A stretch of DNA of 64,000 bases, taken from Marsupella aquatica (taxonomy: Eukaryota > Plantae > Marchantiophyta). The stretch lies in contig OZ316895.1 of assembly GCA_973895155.1 (NCBI GenBank), positions 10,590,184 through 10,654,183 on the forward strand, given 5' to 3'. Positions 11,851 to 25,000 of the stretch are shown here, piece after piece; the first letter of the stretch is position 1, and every line of letters starts with the position of its first letter. Under the pieces are notes generated by a model. It worked only from the letters and a program-made list of their open reading frames with translations. It ran no database searches and was not told where the DNA came from. The position numbers were made by a program, and so were the translations under genes.

Positions 11851-14800
11851 CGCCCGCCTGGCCCCCTCGCTCCACTGCCCGTTTCGCGCAGTTTTTCCAT
11901 TCCCTTTCCCGATTTCCGGCTTTTCCCATCGACTCCCTTACCGGTAACCGTTTTCACGACTTCACGATAATTTATATTCTGTTCGTTGATCGGTCAGTTG
12001 AATGTGAAATCGACGGTCTAGATTTCCTCGCCGTTGGATGCCCTCGCCGGTCAGCCGTCGATGGCGGTCGGTATTTTCCTCGATATCGGGTCGTTGGGAG
12101 GTTTCTTTCCCCCGGTTGAGAAAAAGGGGGGAGATCTCAGTAGTAGTGGAGTGCTTTTTTTGAACGTTATTGTGTTGCTGGACTTGTTGAGCTACTACTG
12201 GAATCCACCAGAAATTGTTTGGCATGGCACATTTAATGTTGCTCCATCTTTTGGTAAATGGTGTGCTTCACTTCGTTCTTTTGGTTTATTTCTCTCTTTT
12301 GGAACGAATCTTTGGAAATGGTGTGGTTCACTTTTGGAACAGGATTGTAATTAGACTGCATGCACATCCTGGCCTCTTTAATAGTTACTGTTCGTGGAAA
12401 CACACCCTGTCAACTTTAACCAAAATTTGATCTATGCGTGGCTTATTCATGTAGAGGCTTTTATTTTCTTTCGTACAGAATTTGAAACATCAAAAATGAA
12501 ACAATACAAGTGACCAAGGGAGATGCAGGAGTCATGTGGAGGGTCTTAACCAACCATTTGGCTTAACCATAACCAAAATTCTGATCCAATTGTGGTTAGG
12601 ATTCATTGAGAGTGAGCCCCTAGATGGTGTCAGGTGGCTTCTCACAAATACTGTAAATTGTGAGTATAGTAACATATTGGCAGAGTGCATTTTGGTCTAT
12701 GTTTCATCAGGGCACTCGAGCCAGGGTGATTCATGCCAGAAATCCTAACACACCGGGGCACTAATAAATCTAATGTGTAGATTTAATTAAACTTTGTGAA
12801 GTGAAAGTGAGATTGATTAGCTCTTCTGCTTGAAGAAACATATGGAGTGGTTTAGAGAAACCCTAATACTGTGAAGATAATCAGATAAAAGCCCAAAACT
12901 TATGGATAGGTCTCGTTTAAGTGCTGAATTTAAAATGAATTTCCAAGGCAGGAAAAACCTATGGATAGTTCATTGCAATCAGAGAACTTCAGTACGTGGA
13001 AACTGCATCGAGTGAAGGCACATAACAGATGACGTACAAGACTTTTGCAACACCAAAGAAGGAAAGCCATCAAGGATCAACAGACCAACCAATGGGGGAA
13101 CAATTTGCTCAGGGATATTTTATGCATAAAGAAGGGTCCAGGGGCTTCGTCGATATTATAAGAATGGCAGGCAAGGAATTTCCTGTGTGCCTTCAGCACC
13201 ATATTGCACCAACTCTGATTCATCATTTTAGGGTATTTAAATTATTCTTTGGGAGGTTTGGTAGAGAAGATCATTCTCTTTTTATCGGCAGCCAGAGTAC
13301 TACTGTGATCCAACACGTATCAACTAATCCAAATCCCAATATTAAGAATATTAAAAACAATGATCAAAAGGACAGATATTAAAGAGAAGACTACTTCAAT
13401 ATCTATGTGGTGGACACAAACCATCAAACTTTTAAAACCTTTTACAGAAACCGAAAGCCATCACGGTAAGGATGAACTTAAGACGCCTAAATGACCCTGT
13501 CCCAGTTTGTTATAAGCCATGTAACCTCATGGCAATTAGTCCCTTGGCTTGTTCCTTAATGGTAGCGAAGTAATTTGTCTTCTGTGATCATGTATTGATA
13601 ATAGTTAGATAGCCTTTACCTGAGATTATCTCTTATGCCTTCCTACAGTGTTCACATAGTGACATGTGAGCAAACGTAAATAAACCCCAAAAGCCAGGAG
13701 GTAGGAGAGCTAATAGCTACTATATTAATTGCAGCAAAACGTTTCCTCTCCTTTTTTACAACATATGAAAGAGTTGGCAGGAACCCTACTGTAGTTCCCA
13801 TTGCGATCAATGGTGGCCATATCGAAAAAGGGTGAGGGGGACCAAGGGACAAGTGTTGGCTCCAATTGATGTGGAGACCAAAAATCCAACTAATAATTCA
13901 TGAATGAAGTACCGTACATGCTGGAGCCTACTATCTAAAGTGAAACTCCAAGAGCCATTCTGGAGGGGATGGCAAGTTCTGGGGTGAAGCAACCGTGGGG
14001 AGGACAGTGTGTGGAGAACACCTCTGGTAATTGCAGAGCAAAAACTGAGAGCCAGATACATATTTAGAGTAACACTCCGTACTGATATGTATTTAGAATA
14101 ACCATCAGTATGTAAGCAAAATTATTTCACTTATCATGGTATGGAGTGACTTAGTACAGTATATGTTATCACATTTTGATGTGAAATTATGGTCGCACGT
14201 AGAATCTCTCATGATTTATATCTAATTCATAAGGTGTTAATGAAACCTAAGCAAAGCTCAAACGTTCAGGCTAGTAGATACAAATAGTGCCCGTGACCTT
14301 TTGCAAAGTCATGTTCATCTCAATGGTAGGAGTGCAGGACTCACTATGTCTGTTCATGTGTTAAACCCTGACTGTAAAACTATGGGCATACTTCCATGCC
14401 GGCATGGAAGATGGTACCAAAAGGTATGGAACAAGCCAAAAGAATTGAATTTTGGAAGATACAAATAAAGTTTGCTGCAAGAAATTCCATCCGTTTGCCT
14501 GTTTTCAACCGTGCCAAGATTGCATGTTGGATGGCCCTTAAGTATTCTAATACCCAATAGAATCTCTAGTGAATTCAAACATATTTTCAAACAAGGCACT
14601 TTGCCTTTTGCCAGGTGGCTGCATCATACGGATTTAGGCATGATCTGTAAAGTACCTCAAAACGAGACAACCATGAAATGGACCCATTCCAATTGGAATA
14701 GAATCTCAGTGCTCTGTTCCTAATATTTCGTTTCATTTTACTTGTGCGAAAAGAAAGGTCTTGAGGAGAACGGTGCTCCCATTTCCCTTACTTTTTTTGA

Positions 14801-17172
14801 AGCAAATGTTGGTCATTGTATTACATGACACAGAAAAAGGACAGATAGAGTGCACCTGGAGCACGAGAGCCAGCACTCCTCGTTCCAACAATCCATGAAT
14901 ACCATCAAAATAATAACAAACGTTGTTTTAGAGAATTCCACAAGTTCGTGAAAAAAATCTTTGGGGAGCCTATATAAGCATCCAAACCCATTGACATCAT
15001 TCGTCTCCTTTGCACTTTTAAATTCCTTCCACAACGGCATTGGGATTTTCTGAATGTTTTGAATAATTGGAATGGATAGTGTGGTGACCAGAAGAAGGGG
15101 CTCATGGGACAGGATAGACAGACGCATGTGCATGGAGCCCTAAGTTACTTTTGATTTATTTATATTCACGTGGAGTAAGAAACCCGATAGGCCAATGGAC
15201 TTGGATTTTTGGAAAGCCTTTCTTTCTAGGATTGGAAACAATTTTATCAAGCCCTTTGTCGCGGTGATTGGAACACTAGTGAAAAACACATCACACTTGT
15301 CAAAATTTCTCAACACTTTGTTTGGAGATGTGTCAACACAATGTAGTTGCAATTCAGTTGCTTTGGAATCTTGGTTGGAGTTTCCCTTTCCTCTTCCCCA
15401 AAACAACCCAAAAAAAATTGATGCAAGTCAGGATATCAATAAAAAATACACTAAAAACCAATTAAGATAAAGAATTGTCTAGATTCAAGGGCTGACAATT
15501 TCGGCTAGTCTGAAACCTGTTGGGCTATGATTGGCAATGACTTCAATAAAATAAATGAAGAGTATATGGTCAAAGACGGTCTTTGGAAGCAATACATGCA
15601 GATCCGTCACACTCATGCTAGAATCTTCCTCGTACCAAGAATGTCAAGATTTCTATACAACATTGCCAACGAAGAAGGGAAACATCATCGGACAACAGGA
15701 TATTCTGCTTCAAGAAGCCATTTGAGCAGGGGTAAATGGCCGATGTTGTGGGTTTTGGAAGACATCGTCCACATTGTCTTCGCACCACACTTAGCAATTT
15801 TTCCAACGACAGGATATTCTGCTTCGAGAAGCAATTTGAGCGGGGGTAAATGGCCAACACTAGTGGTTTCACACAAGATGCACATGAGAACTGCAAAACA
15901 GTTTCAAAATATGTATAACATCTCTTAAACCCTAAACTATCGTGCGCCTCGTGGAAAGTTGAGTGTAGTTGTCATCGAGCATGGACACAAGCCGGGATGA
16001 GAGTATATTAAAAAATGCGGGAATCAGTTTACAAATAGAATACACTCATGTCAATGTATTCGCATTAGCATAACATAACCCTAATGTCGATCGTGGCGGC
16101 ATGGATGTTCAAATGCCCAATTTTGACTTCTAATTACGAGGTCCCATTGCTAATCGACCTTAGCACGGTCGCTGTGATTTTTGCCTGATTACTGCGTTGT
16201 TGGATGGGGACTGTGAAAAGTCATAGAATAAGGCTGAAAACTGTGCAGTATAGCCTTACACGGGAAAAGGGCCTTACACGGGGGAAAAGGGTACGGGCCA
16301 TAATGAGGGGGCTGATTGAGGCAAAAAAATTTGGAGGGGGCTGATCAAGTAAAGTTTCTCCTGGAGGGGGTTTATTGAGCATATCCCTCCCAAAAAGCTA
16401 ATAGGTACTACTTTACTCTCTTAAATACTTGAAGATATTCTCCATGGGTACAAGTATTAGCTTGAAGAAGTTATCCATGGGTACAAACATACTCCACTTA
16501 GTAGAACTGAAGGGGCACCAATGCTCGTGTTCTCTTCGCCTAAACTTGCAGCTTGTATATAATGTGGTTCTGATCTGGCAAGAGCCTTCAAGACAACTAT
16601 TTGTCTGAAAACTGACATAGCTAGTGGAAACAATGCAATGGATTAAATACAATACACAAGGTCACCTTCAACCAAGAGAGTTCTCATATCACTTAAAATG
16701 TTGATCTTGGATATTAAGTATGTTCAGTACCATCAGGAATCCATTAAATCTACCAGTCAACTTATATCTGTTATGACTCCATCTTAGAGAGGCAACAAAG
16801 ATATAAAGGCTCAAGTTAACCAAAATTTGTGAAAACATTAAGGAACTAAATAGTTTTCTTTGGGTCCACATCTGTACCAGTAAGATACCAATGTTGGTGA
16901 GGTTTTCTGACCGGTATACCCATCTTGAGGAGGATCCACTTGGGTTTAGGGCAAGATGACTTATAACTAATGAAATCATGCAGCTCTTGGGCTAGAGCTT
17001 ATCCAGGGTATCACCATATGATACATATGGGGTTTCCCAAACTAGAAAATTCTAGTGTATCATTTGCATGTGTATTTGAAGATCTTTAATTCCATGAATT
17101 AGTTTCTAAGAGCCTAGTAAGGGATGGCCATGTAAATTCCAATTCCCAATTCAGTTGTGAAGGGCTGTATTA

Positions 17173-18872
17173 TCTACATCTATAATATTGAATCCTGCTC
17201 ATTTTTGTCTTTCGTCCCATTAAAAAATGCATTTTGGGCGAGAATGAATGACAGTCGTTAGATCATTTGGGTGTCTTTTTGTAACCATTTTATTATTAAT
17301 TAATAATAGAAAGGATGTATGAAATAATTCCACTATTGTTTTGTGGCCAAGCTACACATTAACGTATAATGACATTGCAATAACCTATGTGAGAACAATA
17401 ACTATTGTACTTGAATTATACTAGATTGTCCTTTTTATTCTCCCACAGGGACTACAACTCTACAAGGGTTATTAAAATCTCATAAATAAAGAACTATCCA
17501 AAGATCAGGGAGAAGAAAGCAAAAATTGGCATGGAGTTAAAAAGGGGAGTGGGCCACATAAAGGAAAAAAGAACAAAAATTAAGGCACAGGAGAATGAAA
17601 AAGGTAGGGAAAATAGAGAAGGGGCTAAAGTGAGATAATTTTGTATATTCCCCATAAAAACAATTATATATATTTATTTATTAAAAATATTAATAATTTT
17701 AATAAAAATTGCATCATTTATATTAGATTATCCTTATTGCTACGACTCTATGATGAAATGGCCACTGCCACCATCTTGCATCTCCATGTTTTCACCTTCA
17801 TCCTCCTCAACAATAACACATTCACAATAATGACCAAAATGATAACATTTTTGCAACAATGACCAAAATGATAATATTTTTGCAAAAATGACAACACCAT
17901 CACACAATGACATTTTTATGCAACATCTTTTTTGCAGCATAGGTAATGAGTTTTGCCTACATTTTTTGTGTTTAGTCAACAACTTGCCTCATACATCTCT
18001 ACATTTTTTTCTCCTTTAACATCTTTTCTTCACCTCAACATTTTCTTTGCAATGCACAATTTTTTTTTATGTTCCTTACCTCACCACAACATCTTTCCTT
18101 CACCCTTGACATGTTTTCCTCACTTTACATCTTTTTCTCTCCTTAACATCTTTTTTTCACTTTGACTTCTTTTCCTCACCTTGACTCTTTTTCTCTCATC
18201 AACAACTTTTCCACATCAACATCTTCTCGCATTGACAACTTTTTTCACACCGACATCTTTTGTTCACCTTGACATCTTTTGTGCAACGCACAAGCATCGG
18301 GCTAGTTGAGCTAATAATAATGGAATAGATTGAGGACCATGGACCTAAAAGTAGAGTTGGAAATGACAACCCTCCATACGCGTAGAGTAAATGGCACACT
18401 AAGCCAAAGTTGTTCAATAAATAGTCAAACTTTCAGGATTTGCATTTGGCTGAGCCATCCCAAAGTTTTTCGGTGTGAGGGCAGCTTCACACCCAACAGA
18501 GCCCCAACCTATATAATTACAAATAAAACTCATCACCCAAAAATGTTACTTTACTTTGCAGAACTCACACCAAAACATCATGTTTGCAAGAATAAATTTT
18601 CCAACGTCAAACCTTCAGGTTTATGGCTGATGGCCCAGTTCGCTTGCCCATTAGATCTTAGGAGCCATGGCCTGTAACCCCCTCGGGCTGATTGCTCTCC
18701 AGGCCCATACTTCTTTGATGTAAACACTGAATTTCATCATACATAATTTTTTAAATTAAGAAACAAAAACAATAGAATAACAATTTGGAATTGTGTTATT
18801 TCCTACAATTAAAATATTTTATATACCATGGCCTGTGCAAACCGGGCCAAGGCAAATATATAATAATACTGG
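17173..18872 (+). mobile_element. Probable non-autonomous Helitron
   Basis: The 5' end is A|TCTACATCTATAATA. A 3' GC hairpin tggcctg-tgcaaac-cgggcca (18829-18849) lies about 19 nt before CTGG|T. The element sits in an AT site with no TSD and carries internal low-complexity 'cacctcaacatcttttt' repeats. Confidence 0.5.
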
Positions 18873-19980
18873 TCCCTCACTAAACTTGTAGCCTGAACAA
18901 TATTAGCCTGATTACCCCTTCCTTGAGTAGAAGAACAGAGATGAGGCCAAACGAGTACCATTCGAAAATAATAATTCTACCTTGTTCGTGTTCATCTATC
19001 CCCATCCTTTTATTTCGTGTACATCCTCATTTGCAGTTATGCCCCCTACTTTTATTTCGTGTACACCTTCAATTCCTTTGCAGTTATGTCGTGAGGTAGA
19101 GTCACGGTCTAGAGGTAAGTCTTCAAAGTAACTTTCCATTGCTAATCAGTAAGATGATGATGATTTAGGGTTTCCAATACATTTTTGGGTAATTATCCAC
19201 AATACTATTTATGACAATCTGGGCCCATTTTGCGCCCAATTACTTCAAGTGGTGAACTACAAGTAGAGCCAATGAACAAGTGAACTAAAAGTTGAGTCAA
19301 TCAACAGAACCAAAGTCAGACAATAATTGTTGGCAGGGCCTTCGGGGGCGGGTACCAACTGAGAAGAAGGGCCATCAGGCCATGCCTTGCTTGCTTACGT
19401 AACCCACTCTCTTGACCCAGAGAAAAGGCAGAGTGCTCCTTCCCTTTAGGTGTAAAAGGAAATGCTGGCCTGTGAAAGTCAAGCCCAATTTCCCTCTCTC
19501 CAGCTGATTATGGCTCTTTTTCCATTTATGGCTCTTTTTCATTTATATTCCCATTTGTGAGACTTTCCAGTGTGTGGGGGTGTCAGGCTATGCTGCCCCC
19601 AGACTTTCCCCTGGATTCTAAAGTATGGGCTACTGAACCCCACTTTGTAGTGGGGTGACTGCACTGGCATGAATGTTCAGTTTGGGCAGCTGGTCTCCAC
19701 TTTTAAGTTGGCTAAATGTGAAGAGTTTCGTATGCAAAATGCTTTTGTGGGAAGAGTTTCTAGGTTGGGAGAATGTAAAGAGTTTCATATGCAAATGCTT
19801 TTGAGGTAAGAGTTTCTATCCGCCAAAATGCTTTCTCCAGTTTCAAATTTGGGACCTCTGTGCCTGCATTGTAGTAATGCTACCGCTGAGACTCTCCTGC
19901 CTGGTTGACTCAAGTTAAGCACAAATTACTAGTGTCAAGCTCTGTGAGGCAGGCAACATCCAGAGCCACACAAGGAGGGT

Positions 19981-20343
19981 ACAACTCTTGAAGCTGGCTT
20001 GTGCAACTCTTGAAGCTCCTAAAGTGGTACCAAGTGCACCATCAGGCCTAATAGCTTGCAACTCTTGAAGCTGCCTTCTGCAACTCTTGAAGCTCTTAAA
20101 GTGGTACCAAAGTGCACCTCAGGCCTCATAGTTTGCAACTCTTGAAGCTCTTAAAGTGGTACCAAGTGCAGCATCAGGCCTCATAGTTTGCAACTCTTGA
20201 AGCTGCCTTCTGCAACTCTTGACGCTCTTAAAGTGGTACCAAGTGCACCATCAGGCCTCATAGTTTGCAACTCTTGAAGCTGCCTTGTGCAACTCGTGAA
20301 GCTCTTGAAGTGGTATCAAGTGCGTCATCAGGCCCAATCGTTT
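19981..20343. repeat. Minisatellite: five units of about 77 bp (one 55-bp unit) built on GCAACTCTTGAAGCT
   Basis: The unit gcaactcttgaagctgccttctgcaactcttgaagctcttaaagtggtaccaagtgcaccatcaggcctcatagttt is repeated with few substitutions. Confidence 0.9.
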
Positions 20344-20361
20344 CCTTGACACACATGATTT

Positions 20362-20817
20362 CTAAACTACGGCGAGGTCAACTTCTTTTCCTGACAATTG
20401 GTCAAATACCGTGTCCCAGATGAAGGTTGTAAGGTCAAATTCGTTACCATTAAGACGGTGGAGCTCATGAAGATTTTGTGGTTCCAGCTGAACACAGTAA
20501 TGCCGACAAAGTTCACCTCTACCCATGGGGCCTCGAGTAACACATTGCACATCGAGTACCCATGGACCTGCTGACTGGCGTCTATACAAACCCCGAGTCG
20601 TCTGTATAAACCTAAAATTTTCATGGATTTCAGTTTTAGGACTGGGTTTTTGATAAACAACACCTGCCCATATAAAAGCATCATACCTTGCCTGGCTTCT
20701 GCTCATTCCTGTCATGTGGTGATCAGTGTACTCACCATAAAAGGTGGAGCACTCATCACAAAAGGTCAATCCCAGGCCCATTCCTAGTGAAAGTGCACCT
20801 GTGCAGTTGTGCTTCAA
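20362..20817 (-). other. Unassigned 151-codon ORF between two repeat arrays, probably a transposon-derived fragment
   Basis: An open frame with no recognised domain and a non-ATG start. Part of it (KPSPKTEIHEN) resembles the ~130-bp repeats at 20820-21145. Confidence 0.25.
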
Positions 20818-20819
20818 TT

Positions 20820-21145
20820 ACGAACAACCCCACAATCGACTGTGAACCTCCAAGTTGTGGACAGCACGTCAGAGACGAACTGTGGCGTCTGTATGAATCT
20901 ACTGTAGGATTTTCATAGATTCTAGGTTTAGGATTAGTTTCTTGTTATGAACAACCCACAATCAAATGTAAAAAATGGCACCTCTTCGATTTGGACAGAA
21001 TGCCACCGACGAATTGTGGGGTTTGTACAAACCTGCTGTAGAATTTTCTTAGATTTCAGTATTAGGATTACTTTCTTGTTATGATCAGCCCCACAATCAA
21101 CTGTCTAAATTGGAACTTCTTTTGGATAGAACGCCGTAGACGAAG
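20820..21145. repeat. Degenerate tandem repeats of about 130 bp (3 copies, the last partial)
   Basis: Recurring pattern aacaacc(c)cacaatc...ggacag...gacgaa.tgtgg..tgta...ctgtag..tttt...agatt..ag..ttaggatta.tttcttgttatga. Confidence 0.7.
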
Positions 21146-22011
21146 AATATCGACTTCAGTGCAGGACTCAGATTTAGGAAAAACTTCTTTGCATCAGAAC
21201 ATTTGTAATCCCAAACTTTCCCCGAACCTAAATGTGGCCTCTGAATGATGACTAAATCTTCTCCACAAATTCACCAGATGTGACGACATAGCGGCAGATG
21301 GTGGTGCTTTAAGCAACCTGCTACAATTGCCCAAACCGCCTTAATTCTGACGTTTCTGAGGTTTCTATAAATCTCGTGTAGCACTGACGGGCATACAATT
21401 CACACGCAACTTGATTGGTGTTCCCTTCTCATCCCCCCATTTTTAGGTCGAACAGGTACCACCATGACCAAAATGCCAAAGACCAACGTAGGATCAATTA
21501 TTCCAATAAGGAATAGGCGTACTGAAACATTCCTTTATAGGAAGAACGGAAAAAAGCCTAGGCACATACAACTTCCGAACGAGGATGAGGTATTGCAATC
21601 AGTGTGTCATGTTCATCACCATTGATTAAAGATAAACAACTTTTGGAAGCACAACTTTTGGCATTGATACCAAATGATCTGTCATAAAGAGAACCATAAA
21701 CACCGAAACTGTAATCTCAACACCCGCTAAAAGCGCAACTTTCAATCAAAATTATTCCGTTGGACAGCAATTGTGGACAGCTCCCTCCCACGCATATACA
21801 TGATAGACATGGTGGGCAGAGTCTGCTCTTCTTCCTGCTTTACAAAACATCCTTTCGTGCCCATTTACCACTGTACATAAATAGCAATAGAGCCTATATA
21901 CTTCATATCATCAATCCTGATGATGATGTTCAAAATTGGACTCCACAACATGTACTATTTACTAGAATTGCCTGTTAATATTAATTAGTTCAACTTGCCG
22001 GTGGTGACGAC

Positions 22012-25000
22012 TTATCTTTTCCGCTTTCCTGCCGAGTTCCCTCCAGTTTTGTTTGGTGTCTTTGTGTCTGAGGCTTTGGACTTAGCTGCTCCACCACGCT
22101 GCCCATTTGTACCTGTCCAAATCCAGAATACATTCAGTCATATATGGCAGACCCTCAAGTGACAATCAATCTGTCAAGACAAGCCGACATACATTCAAGA
22201 AGAATTCGGTCGGCTGCTAGTTGCTTCCAAGACTCCCCACCAGTACAAGAGGCTTTCGAGCTCAGAAGAAGTGAAATACCTTTCTGTTCATCAAAGTTCA
22301 GGCTGACTTTGGTTGTTCCATTTGAACTCAGAAGAGAATCTGCATAAAAATATGGATGTAACTTGGAATTCAGCTTTGAACGCTGATTTGCTATAGTGCA
22401 GAAAAGTCCGTGCATTTTGAAGTTGCATGCAAAGTGCAGGATACCAAATCAACCAAAAAGAAGACGAAAAAAATATTGAAATTTCTATAGCTAATGAAGC
22501 GGCAGACTAATCTGCTGTACCTAATTTGTCCTTTTCGTCAGCTTCTTCCTCTTCTTCTTCTTCTTCCTCGATGTCATCTGAAACTTTATCCAATGCCACT
22601 CGTCAGGACAACGCGTTAAAAAGAAAAATTCAACACCACCATCCACAGTACAGTCGGTATGCGGAATGATCGGTACTATTGAAAGACCTCAGCAACTTCC
22701 TCTACATAATGCCATGGAGCTTGCTCCGTACCGGCTTCTCCTTCTTTGTCGAGCTCGCCATCGACACTTTCTTCAACCAATTTTAAACGCGCTGGTTTCT
22801 TAGAAGCTTTTCTTTGCCCTGGCAGAGCCATCACTGGGAGAAGGTCTGCAGAACGAACAACACGGTCCTGCTCTCCTTGCTTATAGCACTTGGTCAGTGC
22901 TGTTTTCACTGCTGCCGGTACACCCTCCAGTAGATCCAGTTGGCCCTATCAAACAAGCTTTACTGTCAACTATTTTGAAGGGCCACGGGACCTATCCATA
23001 TCCAGCCTTGGAAAATAAAGCAAACGGAATGTATCTTCTGACAACACAATCCAAATGTGGTCTGACAAGACTGTCAGATAAATGCTTACCTTAAATTTTG
23101 AAATGTCCATGACAGTTTCGTAGTCATCTTGGGTAAGGGAGTATTCGTCCATGATGCGTACCACTTCTTTCGCTGCTGCTTCCTGATTTTGTATCATAAC
23201 AATTCTTAGAACTTCTCATAATTCCTGATTTCTATGTACTGTCTTAGCTATATTAACCCTGTTTCGAGGATGTCATTTTCAATTCTAGCTTTTGTAGAAT
23301 GGAGTGAAGGATCTGCTTCTTCGGATGGGGAGAAAAACTGTCTTCACTACGCTGCAGTCGATCTTATACGGGGACGGCATTTTCAGGAATGATACTATAA
23401 ATTGGGATAGAGCAGATCAATGGGATCGATAGGAATGAGATAACTAGCTCATTCTCGAATTACTGGAGGCCAGTGACTCATATTCAAATCTTGTTCATTG
23501 AACTCTTCTTTGGAACAGAATCGTCATCCACAAAAATGCTGAAAGAGCATATTCCACCTATACTTAAGATATGTGGAACAGAAGAGATCTAGAAACAATA
23601 CCTTGGGCAAGTGCTTGAGAGGATAGGACAGTTTCAAAGCCAACAGAGGGACGTATCCCATCCGAATTGCCTCCCTGCCAGCCAGTCCAAAAGCAAAGCT
23701 TCGTCAGTTGCAAGGCCATGCTTCCTGACGAGTTGTGTAAATGGCTACCTAGAGACATCAAGGATTGGTGGTGGGTAGGTAGAATTCAAAGTTGGCCAAC
23801 CGCAACCCATAGAAATTCGAGATCCCAAAGATCCAAACAATGAGCCCTGCATGATGTCATGAAACAGCAAAAAAAACTTGAAGATACGCCGATATTCGGA
23901 AACTTCAACCTTACGATACTCTTAAAAATCTTAGGATGGCCTGGGAAAATCAGAGTCTCCCAATTTACTGGAGAATCAAATTTGGTTTTTTCAACAGATA
24001 ACTGATTTGCTCAAACAATGCCTACCTTGTTGGCTCGCAAGTTCGTGATGCTAGTAGGTGGATATGGACGTCCTCTAGCAGGCGCTTCTTCTTACCAAAT
24101 GTAGAATTTTTACCCATCCAACTAGAGAAGCGATTGAAATTTCGTCCCCCCTACACAAGATTGCAAAGTAACACCAAATAGTGGTAAGTACTTCCGGGCC
24201 TGTAACTCAGGACTTCAAAACCATCAAAGAGTACCCCAAGTCTCGACGAATAGAGGTGAGCAACATTTGCATTTCGAATATTTTCGAGTGAAACCCTTGT
24301 CTGATGATTTGCAAACCAAACGAACCCTCTCCCCTTAATCGGTATTAACACAATGACACCCCGTGCCTGGATAAAAGTTCGCTTACATATCAGTTAAAGA
24401 AAGCACAGTTGCTACCGATGCTGTAATGAAGTTTGTAGACCTACCTCAAATTCCATGCGCCGACCACGCATAAGTGCTGCACTGCAACACCCAAATAGGC
24501 ATGTCCGTCAGCACACAGCAACAAACACAAATGTGGACTTAAAAACTAAAAAATTCTTGTGGACAAGAATATGTTAGTTTTAGAAAAACAAATATAAGGA
24601 ACTCCAATACAGGCCACTTGGCTATTAGGTCAAACCAACTTCTGAGAGAAAGAATCGCTTAGAAGCATTACGGAATGATGGACGCCATAAATGCTCCCAT
24701 CTGCGAGTGCTGCCATTGCTGGCGCCTTCGTATTTGAGTATTAACAATATCTCCCTCAGCAATTGACAAGGCTGCACTGGCTGCAAGGTTCATGAGCCTA
24801 ACTCCACTCTGATCTTGACTGGCTGCAGCGGGAACATAATTCAAGTAATTCTCCTGCAAGTTGCACCAACAGTCATTCAAGTCCGAATTAAGCTTATTGC
24901 CGGGCAAGGTGGATTGTGTCAGGATGATGTGCAAGTGAATGGAACGCCTAGATTAGTATTTGTTTACTACGATAAAAGTTAGTTGCCCGGCTACCAGCGA

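Noticed and set aside
10006-12430. Many overlapping 60-150 aa ORFs
   Set aside because: GC-rich leader/promoter DNA with few stop codons. No coherent exon chain or domain was recognised.
12400-14300. Possible decayed retroelement
   Set aside because: The composition looks TE-like, but I could not read a diagnostic motif in any frame.
19981-20343. CRISPR-like array
   Set aside because: The sequence between the repeated cores is itself repeated, so there are no unique spacers. There are no cas genes and the context is eukaryotic. It is a minisatellite.
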